This document shows, one piece after another, positions 26,862 to 37,894 of a stretch of DNA of 54,139 bases; position 1 is the stretch's first letter, and the number at the start of each line of letters is the position of its first letter. The stretch comes from an uncultured Eubacteriales bacterium. Lineage in GTDB: Bacteria; Bacillota; Clostridia; Christensenellales; CAG-138. Position numbers and translations under genes: made by a program. Location of the stretch: the NCBI GenBank assembly GCA_900318745.1, contig ONMC01000011.1:1-54139 (forward strand), read 5' to 3'. The notes beneath the pieces are model-generated. The model searched no databases, was not told where the DNA came from, and worked only from the letters and a program-made list of their open reading frames with translations.

Positions 26862-26899
26862 CGGCCGGAGTCAATTTCGTTGACTCCGGCCGCTTTTAT
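26862..26899 (+). terminator. Strong intercistronic hairpin (partial terminator/mRNA stabiliser) after the binding-protein gene
   Basis: 13-bp perfect stem CGGCCGGAGUCAA 26862-26874 pairing with UUGACUCCGGCCG 26880-26892, followed by CUUUUAUU. Confidence 0.6.
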
Positions 26900-26921
26900 T
26901 GAGAGGGAGGTGCAATGATAA

Positions 26922-28751
26922 GTGAGAAAACATAGTTTGGCACCTGCGATTCTGCTGATGGTGTTGGGCGCGCTCTGTCCGGCAGTTGCGCTGCTTTTGC
27001 GGTTGACCGTAACGCAGAGCACGGACAGCCTCGGCGTGAAGCTGACAGGCTTTCTGCAGATCGTTGTCCTGGTGATAGGGGTGCTCCTCGTCGTGTTCGG
27101 CGTGATCAACCTGGTTCGCACGATCGTGCGCAACGGCAGGATCGTTCGTCAGGCACAGGAAGAACAGGCAGAACTGCACAGGATCGGCCTTTGCAGAGAA
27201 CTCAGCGACGCGGAGTTTTTGCAGCTCGATAAGGGCGAGAAGGCGGTCAATAAGTTCGTACGCGGCCTTGTGCGGATCCCGGTCGGGACCTGGAACGGCA
27301 TCAAGAAGATCGGTCTGTTCTTCAAGAATGCGGCGCTCGGCATTGTGAACGAATGCAAAGATATCTGGAAAACATTCGTCGAAGGCGACTGGAAGACCAA
27401 GGTGTCCTTCCTGGTCATGGGCTTCGGCAACATTGCGCGCGGACAGGTGCTTCGCGGCATTCTGTTCCTGCTCCTTGAGGTCGTCTTCATCGGTTACATG
27501 ATCCTGATGGGCGGCTACTATCTTTCGATGCTTCCGTCGCTCGGCAAGATCGGTCCGCACAGCGAGATGAAGCTTGTTCCGGGTGTCGGCGAGATCGAAA
27601 CGACGGTCAAAGGCGACAACTCCTTTAAGATCCTGCTGTACGGCGTTTTGACGATCTTCTTCATCATCGCGGTCATTTATACGTGGCGCGTCAACGTGAA
27701 GCAGAACAAGACGGCGGAAATGATCCTCAAGAGCGGCAAGAAGCTCAAGAGCGGCAAGGACGACCTGCGTTCGATGGTGGACGATCAGTTCCACAAGACG
27801 CTGATGGCGCTGCCGACGCTGGGTATTCTGATCTTCACGGTCATGCCGATCGTGTTCATGATCCTTGTCGCGTTTACCAACTACAGCTCGATCAACGACG
27901 GTTATGAAACCAAGCTGTTCACATGGGTCGGCTTTGAAAACTTCAAGACCATCTTCTCGTGGGACGTCGGCGGCGTCAACTATGCGGCAACGTTCGGCGA
28001 GATCCTGCTCTGGACGCTGATCTGGGCGTTCTTCGCGACGTTCACCAACTACTTCCTCGGAATCGCCGTCGCAATGCTGATCAATAAGAAGGGGATCCAT
28101 CTCAAGAAGGTCTGGAGAACCATCCTCATCATGACGATTGCGATCCCGCAGTTCATTTCTCTGCTGTATGTGTCGAAGATGTTCACGCTGAACGGCTTGT
28201 TCAACGGTTTTTTGATCGATCTCGGGATCATACAGCCGGCAAACGCGATCGACTTCTGGGGCACGCCGACGCTGGCGCGCATCATGGTCATCATCATCAA
28301 TATCTGGATCGGCATCCCGTATCTGATGCTGATCGCAACCGGTATTCTGATGAACATTCCGGCGGACCTGTATGAATCCGCGAAGATCGACGGCGCAAGC
28401 GGCTGGAAGCAGTTTTCGAAGATCACGCTCCCGTACATGCTGTTCATCACGGGTCCGTACCTTCTGACGAGCTTCACCGGGAACATGAACAACTTCAACG
28501 TCATTTACCTCCTGACGGGCGGCGGTCCGACCAACGCGCTGCGCTCCGGTGCGGCGGGCACCGTCGGTCACACGGACCTTCTGATCACCTGGCTGTTCAA
28601 GATCACCACGAGCGGCAGCGATCCGACGTACGGCGCGCAGTACTATCTCGCTTCCGTCATCGGTATTCTGGTGTTCATCGTGGTTGCAGTCATCAGTCTG
28701 ATCGTTTACGGCTTACTGCCGTCGGTCAAGAATGAGGAGGACTTCCAATAA
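26922..28751 (+). CDS. ABC sugar transporter permease (MalF/GanP-like) with long N-terminal extension
   Basis: GTG 26922 lies 11 nt after GGGAGG. The EAA-loop region is ESAKIDGASGWKQFSKITLP. About 130 aa, including two hydrophobic helices, precede the usual GDWKTK..MGFG N-terminal motif. Confidence 0.8.
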   Translation: MRKHSLAPAILLMVLGALCPAVALLLRLTVTQSTDSLGVKLTGFLQIVVLVIGVLLVVFGVINLVRTIVRNGRIVRQAQEEQAELHRIGLCRELSDAEFLQLDKGEKAVNKFVRGLVRIPVGTWNGIKKIGLFFKNAALGIVNECKDIWKTFVEGDWKTKVSFLVMGFGNIARGQVLRGILFLLLEVVFIGYMILMGGYYLSMLPSLGKIGPHSEMKLVPGVGEIETTVKGDNSFKILLYGVLTIFFIIAVIYTWRVNVKQNKTAEMILKSGKKLKSGKDDLRSMVDDQFHKTLMALPTLGILIFTVMPIVFMILVAFTNYSSINDGYETKLFTWVGFENFKTIFSWDVGGVNYAATFGEILLWTLIWAFFATFTNYFLGIAVAMLINKKGIHLKKVWRTILIMTIAIPQFISLLYVSKMFTLNGLFNGFLIDLGIIQPANAIDFWGTPTLARIMVIIINIWIGIPYLMLIATGILMNIPADLYESAKIDGASGWKQFSKITLPYMLFITGPYLLTSFTGNMNNFNVIYLLTGGGPTNALRSGAAGTVGHTDLLITWLFKITTSGSDPTYGAQYYLASVIGILVFIVVAVISLIVYGLLPSVKNEEDFQ

Positions 28752-29662
28752 TGAGCAAACAGCAAAACTCCATGAAGCAGCACATGGGTATGAAAGCTGC
28801 ATCCCGGATCAGCAATACGGTGGTCTATATCATCCTGGTTGCCATGAGCGTGATCTGGCTGATCCCGTTCGTTTGCATCGTGATCCAGTCCTTCCGTATC
28901 AATCCCACCGGTATGACGCGTTACCTGCTCGTCAACCCGGAAGCGGCATTGAAGCCCGGTCTGGAGATCAGATTCGGTTTCGACAACTACATCCGGCTCT
29001 GGAACTCCGACTTCCCGAGATGGTATCTCAACACGTTCATCATCGCACTCGTCGTCGCGGTGGTGCAGACGGTCATCGTGCTGTGCATGTCGTACACGCT
29101 CTCGCGTTTCCGCTTCAAACTGCGTAAGCCGATGATGCAGTTCATGCTGATCCTCGGCATGTTCCCCGGCATGCTCTCCATGATCATCCTGTATCAGGTA
29201 TTGAAAGACCTCGGTCTCGCGTTGGAGAACGCCGTTCCCGGCCTGATCCTCGTATACGTGGCATCGTCCGGCATGGGCTATTACGTATCGAAGGGCTTCT
29301 TCGATACGATCCCGAAATCGCTGGACGAGGCAGCGCGCATCGACGGCGCAACGAGAGCGCAGGTGCTCTTCAAGATCATCTTGCCCCTTGCAAAGCCGAT
29401 CGTCATCTATACGATCCTGACCGCATTCATGGGCCCTTGGGGCGACTTCGTATTTGCCCGTTACATCAGCAACGGCCGTATCGCAGCATACAACGTAGCG
29501 GTCGGCTTGCAGTCCTGGCTGGCAACCGATACGATGACCGGCCAGAACTATACCATGTTCTGCGCAGGCGGCGTCATCGTTGCGGTCCCGGTCGTAATCC
29601 TGTTCATGTGCCTGCAGCGGTACTATGTGGAAGGCGTCACGGGCGGCGCGGTCAAGGGTTAA
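28751..29662 (+). CDS. ABC sugar transporter permease (MalG/GanQ-like)
   Basis: EAA loop DEAARIDGATRAQVLFKIILPLAKP. The start overlaps the upstream stop (TAATG). Confidence 0.88.
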   Translation: MSKQQNSMKQHMGMKAASRISNTVVYIILVAMSVIWLIPFVCIVIQSFRINPTGMTRYLLVNPEAALKPGLEIRFGFDNYIRLWNSDFPRWYLNTFIIALVVAVVQTVIVLCMSYTLSRFRFKLRKPMMQFMLILGMFPGMLSMIILYQVLKDLGLALENAVPGLILVYVASSGMGYYVSKGFFDTIPKSLDEAARIDGATRAQVLFKIILPLAKPIVIYTILTAFMGPWGDFVFARYISNGRIAAYNVAVGLQSWLATDTMTGQNYTMFCAGGVIVAVPVVILFMCLQRYYVEGVTGGAVKG

Positions 29663-29699
29663 GCCCGAACTCTAACGTGAAAAAAAGGAGTTTAATGAT

Positions 29700-30830
<1,131 letters not shown>

Positions 30831-30843
30831 GCAAAACCGAACC

Positions 30844-30872
30844 AAGCGGACGGATTTTCCGTCCGCTTTTTT
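30844..30872 (+). terminator. Intrinsic terminator after the ATPase gene
   Basis: AAGCGGACGG 30844-30853 pairs with CCGUCCGCUU 30859-30868, followed by a U tract. Confidence 0.8.
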
Positions 30873-30941
30873 GCTGCGCGCACTTGTGGCGCTGACGGGT
30901 TTATGGTAAAATATACTGAATACATACGGGGGTTACGGTTC

Positions 30942-33326
30942 ATGCAGAAGATTTCAAACGGATGGGAATTCACACCGATCTGGTCGGACGCGTTCGGGAA
31001 CGGAGAGGGCGACGGGGAGCCGGTTCGTCTGCCGCACAATCCGCGCGTCATTTCGCAGCATTATGCGGGACCCGAGGATTATGAAGGCGTATACGGATAC
31101 CGCAGAACGCTCGCGCTGGACGAATCGCTGCGCGGCAAGCGGATCTTTCTGCAGTTCGACGGCGCGGCGCACATCGCGACCGTGTATGTGAACGGGCAGG
31201 CGTTAAAAACGCATCACACCGGCTATACCGCGTTCCGCGTCGAGATCACGGATGCCGTGCGGCTCGACGGAACGGACCTCGTTGCGGTGCGCCTCGATTC
31301 CACGGAGAATCCCGCGGTGCCGCCGTTCGGCTATGTGATCGACTATCTCACCTACGCGGGGCTCTACCGCGACGCGTGGCTCGACGTGCGCAACCCGGTG
31401 TGCATCGCGAACGTGTTCGTGCATACGCCGGATCTCTCGACCGCCGTGGTGCAGACCACGATCTCCGGCGACGCCGACGTGCTGGTGCGCCACCGCATTT
31501 CGGACCGGAACGGCGCATGCATCGCCGAAACCGTGTATGCCGCATCGGAAACGAAGGTCGAAGCGCCGGAGGGCATGACCGTTTGCTATGCAACGCTGCA
31601 TGCCGACAGCGCAAAGCCGTGGAGCGATGAAACGCCGAACCTCTATACGCTCGAAACGACCGTGCTGGATGCGGACATGCAGCCGCAGGATCAGACGACC
31701 GTGCGCTTCGGCTTCCGCACCGCCGAGTTCAGGGCGGACGGGTTTTATCTCAACGGCAAGCGCTCGTTTTTGCGCGGGCTCGACCGGCATCAGGCGTATC
31801 CGTACCTTGGTTATGCCGCGCCGAAGATGCTGCAGTGCGAAGACGCGCGCATCCTGAAGGAGGAGCTCTGCTGCAACGCGGTGCGCACCTCGCACTATCC
31901 GCAGAGTCAGTACTTTATCGACGCGTGCGACGAGCTGGGACTGCTGGTGTTCACGGAGATCCCGGGCTGGCAGCACGTCGGCAACGAAGCGTGGCAGAAG
32001 CAGGCGATCGATAATGTGCGCGAGATGGTCATCGAAAACCGCAACCATCCCTCGATCGTGCTGTGGGGCGTCCGCATCAACGAAAGCCGCGACAACGATA
32101 AGCTGTATACCGAAACGAACAAGCTGGCACATTTTCTGGATCCGTCGCGGCAGACGTCCGGCGTGCGGTATCTTATGAAGAGCAGTTTTCTGGAAGACGT
32201 GTATGCATACAACGATTTCAAGCCGTTCGACTATGACGCGCCGATCCGCAAAAAGAGCGAGGTCGTGCCGGATGAAAGCCGCGGCTATCTGATCTCCGAA
32301 CACTCGGGACACATGTTCCCGACCAAGCCCTACGATCCGTGGAGCAAGCGGCAGATGCATGCGCTGCGCCACGCACGCACGCTCGATGCGGCGATGGCGA
32401 GCGGCGAGCACGCGGGCTGCTTCGGCTGGTGCATGTTTGACTACGCAACGCACAAGGACTTCGGTTCGGGCGACCGCGTGTGCTACCACGGCGTCATGGA
32501 CGCGTTCCGCAATCCGAAGCTCGCGGCGGCGGCGTATGCGAGCCAGGGCGACGGCAAACCGGTGCTCGAGGTCGGCACGCCGATGGACATCGGCGATTAC
32601 CCGGCGGGCGAGATCGGCAAGATCTACGCGTTTTCGAACGCCGAAAAGATCGCGCTGTACAAGAACGACAAGCTCGTCAAGATTTATAAGCCGATGGAAT
32701 GGAAAGGCTTAAAGCATCCGCCGTTTTACATCGACGATCTCATCGGGCAGCTTCTGATCAGCGAAGAAGGATTCACCGGCAAAAAGGCGGAACGCCTGCA
32801 TGATGCGCTGCTGTCCGCCGCGCACCACGGGATCGACCGTATGCCGCTCAAAGACAAGCTCAAGATGTTCTATGCGATGAAGAAGTATCATCTGACTTAT
32901 GCGGACGGCGAGGAGCTCTACGGCAGGTATGTCGGCAACTGGGGCGGCACGGTCAGCGGTTGGCGGTTCGACGCGATGAACGGCGATAAGGTTGTCGCTT
33001 CCGTCCTGTGCCGTCCGTCGAAGAAGCTGCACGCCGAGGTCAGGGTCAGCCATACCGTGCTCACCGAGGGCGACGGATACGACGCTGCGGCGGTGCGCGT
33101 GCGCATTCTGGATGAGTACAACAACCTTGCGCCGTACGCGCAGCTGCCGGTCCGCTATGAAGTGACGGGCGATCTCGAACTGATCGGACCGGACGTTTCG
33201 ACCGCCGAGGGCGGCATGACCGGCACGTATCTGAAAACCGTCGGGCACGGCGGCGAGGGCACGCTTACGATCCGAACGGAGCAAACGGCTCCGGTCACGA
33301 TATCTTTCACAATCGAGGAGGAATAA
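30942..33326 (+). CDS. GH2-family beta-galactosidase-like glycoside hydrolase
   Basis: ATG 30942 (MQKISNGWEF) preferred. Contains NAVRTSHYPQS and NHPSIVLWGVRINES, with sugar-binding, Ig-like and TIM-barrel order typical of GH2. Confidence 0.85.
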   Translation: MQKISNGWEFTPIWSDAFGNGEGDGEPVRLPHNPRVISQHYAGPEDYEGVYGYRRTLALDESLRGKRIFLQFDGAAHIATVYVNGQALKTHHTGYTAFRVEITDAVRLDGTDLVAVRLDSTENPAVPPFGYVIDYLTYAGLYRDAWLDVRNPVCIANVFVHTPDLSTAVVQTTISGDADVLVRHRISDRNGACIAETVYAASETKVEAPEGMTVCYATLHADSAKPWSDETPNLYTLETTVLDADMQPQDQTTVRFGFRTAEFRADGFYLNGKRSFLRGLDRHQAYPYLGYAAPKMLQCEDARILKEELCCNAVRTSHYPQSQYFIDACDELGLLVFTEIPGWQHVGNEAWQKQAIDNVREMVIENRNHPSIVLWGVRINESRDNDKLYTETNKLAHFLDPSRQTSGVRYLMKSSFLEDVYAYNDFKPFDYDAPIRKKSEVVPDESRGYLISEHSGHMFPTKPYDPWSKRQMHALRHARTLDAAMASGEHAGCFGWCMFDYATHKDFGSGDRVCYHGVMDAFRNPKLAAAAYASQGDGKPVLEVGTPMDIGDYPAGEIGKIYAFSNAEKIALYKNDKLVKIYKPMEWKGLKHPPFYIDDLIGQLLISEEGFTGKKAERLHDALLSAAHHGIDRMPLKDKLKMFYAMKKYHLTYADGEELYGRYVGNWGGTVSGWRFDAMNGDKVVASVLCRPSKKLHAEVRVSHTVLTEGDGYDAAAVRVRILDEYNNLAPYAQLPVRYEVTGDLELIGPDVSTAEGGMTGTYLKTVGHGGEGTLTIRTEQTAPVTISFTIEEE

Positions 33327-33329
33327 ACG

Positions 33330-34913
33330 ATGGAACGCACGTTGGAGTATGTGATCCAAACGGAAAGCGGCGCACAGATCAGCGGAAAAGCGGCGGCGGA
33401 CGGCGTCGTGCACATTGCGGAACCGCTCACAAACGCACGGCTGAAGTCCGTCAGAGCAACGGTCCGCCTTCCGGTTTCCGATGAAACGCGTATTTTCATG
33501 AACGGTTATCAAAACTGGACCTACAGCCCGGAGTATACGAGAACCGGCCGCACGCGTGGACTCAAGCATCTGCCGTTCTTCCTTCGCGGGGCGTTCTCGA
33601 TCAACCGCTACGGCGATTATCATTTCGTGGACTATCCGTACAAAAAAGGCGTCACGCACGGCGAATCCTGGTGCTATTTCCGCAACGGCGAGCGCTTTCT
33701 GCTGTTCGGTTCGCTCGATGAAACGCCCGGCTATACGCTGTTCCGCTTCGACGCGAATAAGGGCGAGCTCACGATCGAGCGCGACTGCGCGGGCATGCGC
33801 GTAAACGGCGAATTCCACGCCTTCGATCTGTACATCAAGGAAGGCACGGAAGGCGAGGTGTTCGACGGCTGGTTCCGGGAGATGGGCGTCAAGCCGCTTC
33901 GCACGGAGCCGATGGTCGGCTATTCGAGCTGGTATAACCGCTATCAGGATATCAGCGACGCAACGATCACGGATGATCTGGTCGGCGCAAAATCACTGCT
34001 GAAACCGGGCGATCTGTTCCAGATCGACGACGGCTGGGAGCCGTTCGTCGGCGACTGGCTTGCGACCGATCCGAAGAAGTTCCCGAACGGTCTGAAGGCG
34101 TCCGCGGATGCGATCCATGAGGCGGGCTTCCTCGCGGGGCTGTGGCTTGCGCCGTTCGTGGCGCAGAAGGGGTCGAAGCTCGTTGCGGAGCATCCGGATT
34201 GGCTGCTGCTGCACGACGGCAAACCGTGGCTGAACGGCTCGAACTGGGGCGGATTCTATTCACTGGACATCGACAATCCCGAGGTCATTTCGTACGTGCG
34301 TACCGTGCTCGAGCGCGTGCTGCATGAATGGGGCTTCGACCTTGTGAAGCTGGACTTTCTCTACGGCGCGGCGCCGTTCGGCACCGAGACCGAATCGAGA
34401 GCGGCGCGCATGATCCGCGCAATGGATATTCTGCGCGACGCATGCAGGGGCAAGATGATCCTCGGCTGCGGCGTGCCGCTGTGGCCGGCGTTCGGCAAGG
34501 TCGAATACTGTCGCGTCGGATGCGACGTGGGTCTCGACTGGAACGATACGAAGCTGATGCAGGCAACGCACCGCGAGCGCGTGTCCACCAAGCAGTCGAT
34601 CGAGGATACGATCTTCCGCCGTCAGCTGACGGGGCGCGCGTTCATGGGCGACCCGGACGTGTTCTTCCTGCGGGAACAGAACTGCAAGCTTACCGCAGAG
34701 GAAAAGGAAAAGCTCTATACGGTCAATGCGCTCTTGGGCGGTTTTCTTCTGACTTCCGACGCACTGAACGCCTACACCGATGCGCAAAAGGCGCAGTTTT
34801 GTGAAGTGCGCCGCCTAAAGGAGCAGGCGACGGATATCGCGGTCGACGCCGACGACGGCATCACGATCCGCTATACACTCGACGGCAAGCCGCATGCGGT
34901 AAAGATCCTGTAA
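33330..34913 (+). CDS. Clan GH-D (GH36-like) alpha-galactosidase-like enzyme
   Basis: LFQIDDGWEPFVGDW, GLWLAPF and FDLVKLDFLY motifs resembling melibiase-type catalytic barrels. Exact family and specificity not assignable by eye. Confidence 0.7.
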   Translation: MERTLEYVIQTESGAQISGKAAADGVVHIAEPLTNARLKSVRATVRLPVSDETRIFMNGYQNWTYSPEYTRTGRTRGLKHLPFFLRGAFSINRYGDYHFVDYPYKKGVTHGESWCYFRNGERFLLFGSLDETPGYTLFRFDANKGELTIERDCAGMRVNGEFHAFDLYIKEGTEGEVFDGWFREMGVKPLRTEPMVGYSSWYNRYQDISDATITDDLVGAKSLLKPGDLFQIDDGWEPFVGDWLATDPKKFPNGLKASADAIHEAGFLAGLWLAPFVAQKGSKLVAEHPDWLLLHDGKPWLNGSNWGGFYSLDIDNPEVISYVRTVLERVLHEWGFDLVKLDFLYGAAPFGTETESRAARMIRAMDILRDACRGKMILGCGVPLWPAFGKVEYCRVGCDVGLDWNDTKLMQATHRERVSTKQSIEDTIFRRQLTGRAFMGDPDVFFLREQNCKLTAEEKEKLYTVNALLGGFLLTSDALNAYTDAQKAQFCEVRRLKEQATDIAVDADDGITIRYTLDGKPHAVKIL

Positions 34914-34941
34914 GAGCGGAACGATCCGAAAACAGAAAAGC

Positions 34942-34981
34942 AAAAAAACAGCGCCCCGCGAATGCGGGGCGCGATGGTTTT
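34942..34981. terminator. Bidirectional terminator
   Basis: GCGCCCCGC 34951-34959, GAAU loop, GCGGGGCGC 34964-34972. A-run upstream and U-run downstream. Confidence 0.8.
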
Positions 34982-34986
34982 TCGGG

Positions 34987-35641
34987 TTATTCGTTGTAGG
35001 TCGTCATTCTGCGGATCAGATCAAAGCAGAGATCGAAGATATCCGCACGGTTCTCGTCCATCACATGCTCGATCACCACATCGTTGACGACGCCGGTCAT
35101 GCCGGTGCAGTAGTTGACCGCCGAGCATCCGGATCGCGCGGGCTTCCGCCGGGGTTTCAAAGCGCGGACCCTCCATGCAGGCATAGACGGCGCGGCCGGA
35201 ATACGGCAGACCGTGCTGCGAGATCAGCTCTTCGAGCGTGTCGTTCAGCGAATTGCTGAACACGTTGTCCATCACGGTGTGCAGGTCGATGCGGTGTTCG
35301 CGCTCGAACGACGAATAGCGCTGTTTGGTGAAATCGAGGAAATCGTTGATCAGGCAATACTCGCCGAGATGCAGGGAGTAATCGCATGCGCCGACCGAGG
35401 TGATGCCGATGACGTGGGTGACGCCGATCTGATGCAGCGCATAGATGTTGGCGCGATAGTTGATCTCGCCGGGATCGCGCGCGTAGAGAACGCCGTGGCG
35501 CGAAAGGAAAATGACCTCGTTGCCCTCTTTGAGCTTGCCCTTGAAGACGACGACGTCGCCGTAGGGCGTGGAAACTGCCTGCTCCCGGTAGCGGATCGGA
35601 AGCGTTTCGATGTTGGTTCCGCCGATGATCGCGATTTTCAT
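34987..35641 (-). pseudogene. MTAP/PNP-family nucleoside phosphorylase, frameshifted near 35117-35125
   Basis: ATG 35641 (GGAGGG upstream) gives MKIAIIGGTNIE...YACMEGPRFETPAEARAIRMLG. The conserved continuation (A)VNYCTGMTGVVNDVVIEH...TTYNE is in another frame (ORF 34987..35184). Confidence 0.75.
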
Positions 35642-35728
35642 TTTCGCAGAGACCCTCCGTATGAAATTTGCGTCTTTATCATAGCACAGCGACGCGCGAA
35701 AGGCAAGGGAACGAGGCAATATATACGA

Positions 35729-35757
35729 TAAAAAACGACAGGCGTCGCGCCTGCCGT
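35729..35757 (-). terminator. Terminator after the anti-sigma-like gene
   Basis: 10-bp stem 35735-35744 / 35748-35757, containing one G-U pair on the minus-strand RNA. U6 tail (A tract 35729-35735 on plus). Confidence 0.65.
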
Positions 35758-35772
35758 TTTGCGTTGTTCGGA

Positions 35773-37386
35773 TCAATCGACCTTCAGCGTGATCGCGCAT
35801 TCCGGGAAGGATACCCCGTCGCCGCTGTACACGACCGGCGTACCGCGATTAAGCGTTCGTTCGTCGAAGGAGCCGTCCCGGGCGATCGGTACCGTCTCGG
35901 ATAGCTGCTGTTCTCCGTTCGGAAGGACCTTGTAGATTTTGGCCTCCGATATGTAATCAAGATGCGGCGTCAGCGTGATCGACTGCATCGAATGGATCAG
36001 AGCGAACGGGATCGTATCGGCGATGGTAAGATTCAGCGTATAGGTTCCGCTGTCGTTGCGCTTCGCCGTGCTGCCGAAGTTGACGATCAGATTGCCGTCG
36101 ATCACCGTGTCGAAGGAGAGATTGTGTACAAACGCATCTTTCATCCCGTCGCTCCAATCGTCCGGCATGGACACGAGAATCTTCAGATCGTGGATCCCGA
36201 AGATGTCGACGACGCCGGGGGAGGTGACCCGAAGCGTGACGCCGTCCAGGTTTGCGCTGTAATTCGTAACGCAAAAGTACTGTTCGCTGTCGAAAGCGGT
36301 GCCGTTGAATACGGCGTCGCCCGAAAACGCGACCGGTTCCTGCGGCATCTCGATATGGCGCTTCTTAACATCTTGATAGGTTCTCATGTCGACCTTCACC
36401 GTGCCGAGATCGACGTCGAGCTTCACTTCCGTTTCCTCGCCGTGATCGATCGACGCCTGATAGTTCACGTGCAGCGTGAGATACCCGTCCGTGTCGATGT
36501 AATCGGCAAGCGTTTTTCCGTTGTCCGGAAGGAACCGGAACGAAGCGGGATCTGCGACATGCACGTCGGCAACGGCGCGTATGCCGTTCGTTTTGACGTG
36601 ATTCCATCCGCGTTCACACAGCGCCTTTGCGGCTTCTTCCGTGTAATGCTCCGGATAACCGAATTCGTCAAAGTACGCCTGCTGGAACGCGTAGTCGACC
36701 GGACGTCCCGCAAGCTCCATCCAGCCCGAAAGTTGCTTTCCGTCCTCAAGCGTCAGCAGCAGAAAGTTATCGGGACCGTTCCACTGCTCCCTTGCGCCCG
36801 AAAGATAGGCGGATACGTCGGCGTCATCGTCGCGGAACATGTGCACCATCTCGGGCGCGACCTTTTCCGCAAGCAGACACGGAAGCGGCTCGCCGGGCTG
36901 TATGTCTGCGCCCCGCTCGTTTTCAAACATTGCGTAGCCGGACAGCCCGTCAAAGTCGATGGAGAGATAGATCGCAGTTCCGTCGTAGACTGTTTCGCCG
37001 AGCGTGGCGGAGAAGTTTTCGCCGATCTCGCGCCAGTACGGCTCATCGGCGCAGTAGTTCATCTTGATCTCGGTATGATTCCGATCGGGAGCCGTGATCA
37101 TTGCGTCCAGCGCCGGAACCGGTTCCCGCACCTCGGGATCCGCGGCAAGATACTCCCGTGCGCTGCTCGGCGCAAACCAGCTGAGCACCTCCGCTCTGGC
37201 GGACGGGATCGTCATTACGACCCCGCAGACCAGCAGCAACGAGCAGAGCACGGTGAGCACCGGCGTCAGTACGCGATCGAACGCGGTCCGTTTTTGCGGC
37301 GCATCCATCCGGACACTGTGCTTGATCGCATCGTCGTCCGCGATCAGATGCTTTACGATGGTTTGATATGCTTCCTGTTCGTTCAT
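35773..37386 (-). CDS. Putative anti-sigma factor, single-pass membrane protein with large extracytoplasmic domain
   Basis: Begins 1 nt after the ECF sigma gene. Short cytoplasmic N-terminus, TM segment VLTPVLTVLCSLLLVCGVVMTI, then about 470 aa outside the membrane. Function inferred from context. Confidence 0.6.
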   Translation of the reverse strand: MNEQEAYQTIVKHLIADDDAIKHSVRMDAPQKRTAFDRVLTPVLTVLCSLLLVCGVVMTIPSARAEVLSWFAPSSAREYLAADPEVREPVPALDAMITAPDRNHTEIKMNYCADEPYWREIGENFSATLGETVYDGTAIYLSIDFDGLSGYAMFENERGADIQPGEPLPCLLAEKVAPEMVHMFRDDDADVSAYLSGAREQWNGPDNFLLLTLEDGKQLSGWMELAGRPVDYAFQQAYFDEFGYPEHYTEEAAKALCERGWNHVKTNGIRAVADVHVADPASFRFLPDNGKTLADYIDTDGYLTLHVNYQASIDHGEETEVKLDVDLGTVKVDMRTYQDVKKRHIEMPQEPVAFSGDAVFNGTAFDSEQYFCVTNYSANLDGVTLRVTSPGVVDIFGIHDLKILVSMPDDWSDGMKDAFVHNLSFDTVIDGNLIVNFGSTAKRNDSGTYTLNLTIADTIPFALIHSMQSITLTPHLDYISEAKIYKVLPNGEQQLSETVPIARDGSFDERTLNRGTPVVYSGDGVSFPECAITLKVD

Positions 37387-37387
37387 G

Positions 37388-37894
37388 TTAAACTCCTTTC
37401 TGTTCTGTCAGTTGTGCGCGAAGACGGGCACGCGTGCGGCAGAGGCGCGTTCTGACGGCGGCTTCCGAAAGTCCGAGCTCCTGCGCGATCTGCGCGGTCG
37501 GCACCGAAAAGCCGTAATAAAGTGTAAACACCTGATAGCTCAGCAGCGGCTCCGTTTTGACCAGATCCCAAAGCGCCCGTTCCGCCGCGCGGTCGAGCAC
37601 GATATCCTCGGGTTCCTCGTCCTCGACGGGAAGCTGATCGGAAAGCGGCGCTTCGTTTTCCTGCACGGCGGCGCGATGCCGATAGAACGATGCAAGCTCC
37701 TTTTTCGCAATACCGAACACGTACTTTTCCGGTTCGCGAATGCCGCGCCGCATCATTTTGCGATACAGCTTCTTATAAATCTCCTGCATCAGGTCTTCCA
37801 CGTCGACCGCCGATCGAATGCGCGGAACGAGCCATCTGAGAAGACTGTCTCGCGTTGCGTCATAAACGCGGTTGAATGCTTCGTACTGTTCCAT
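37388..37894 (-). CDS. ECF-type RNA polymerase sigma-70 family factor
   Basis: Region 2 VEDLMQEIYKKLY and region 4 YYGFSVPTAQIAQELGLSEAAVRTRLCRTRARLR. Confidence 0.85.
   Translation of the reverse strand: MEQYEAFNRVYDATRDSLLRWLVPRIRSAVDVEDLMQEIYKKLYRKMMRRGIREPEKYVFGIAKKELASFYRHRAAVQENEAPLSDQLPVEDEEPEDIVLDRAAERALWDLVKTEPLLSYQVFTLYYGFSVPTAQIAQELGLSEAAVRTRLCRTRARLRAQLTEQKGV

Noticed and set aside
26915-26935. ATG 26915 closest to the GGGAGG upstream of the permease gene
   Set aside because: It opens only a 6-codon ORF (MISEKT*). The in-frame GTG at 26922 is the plausible permease start.
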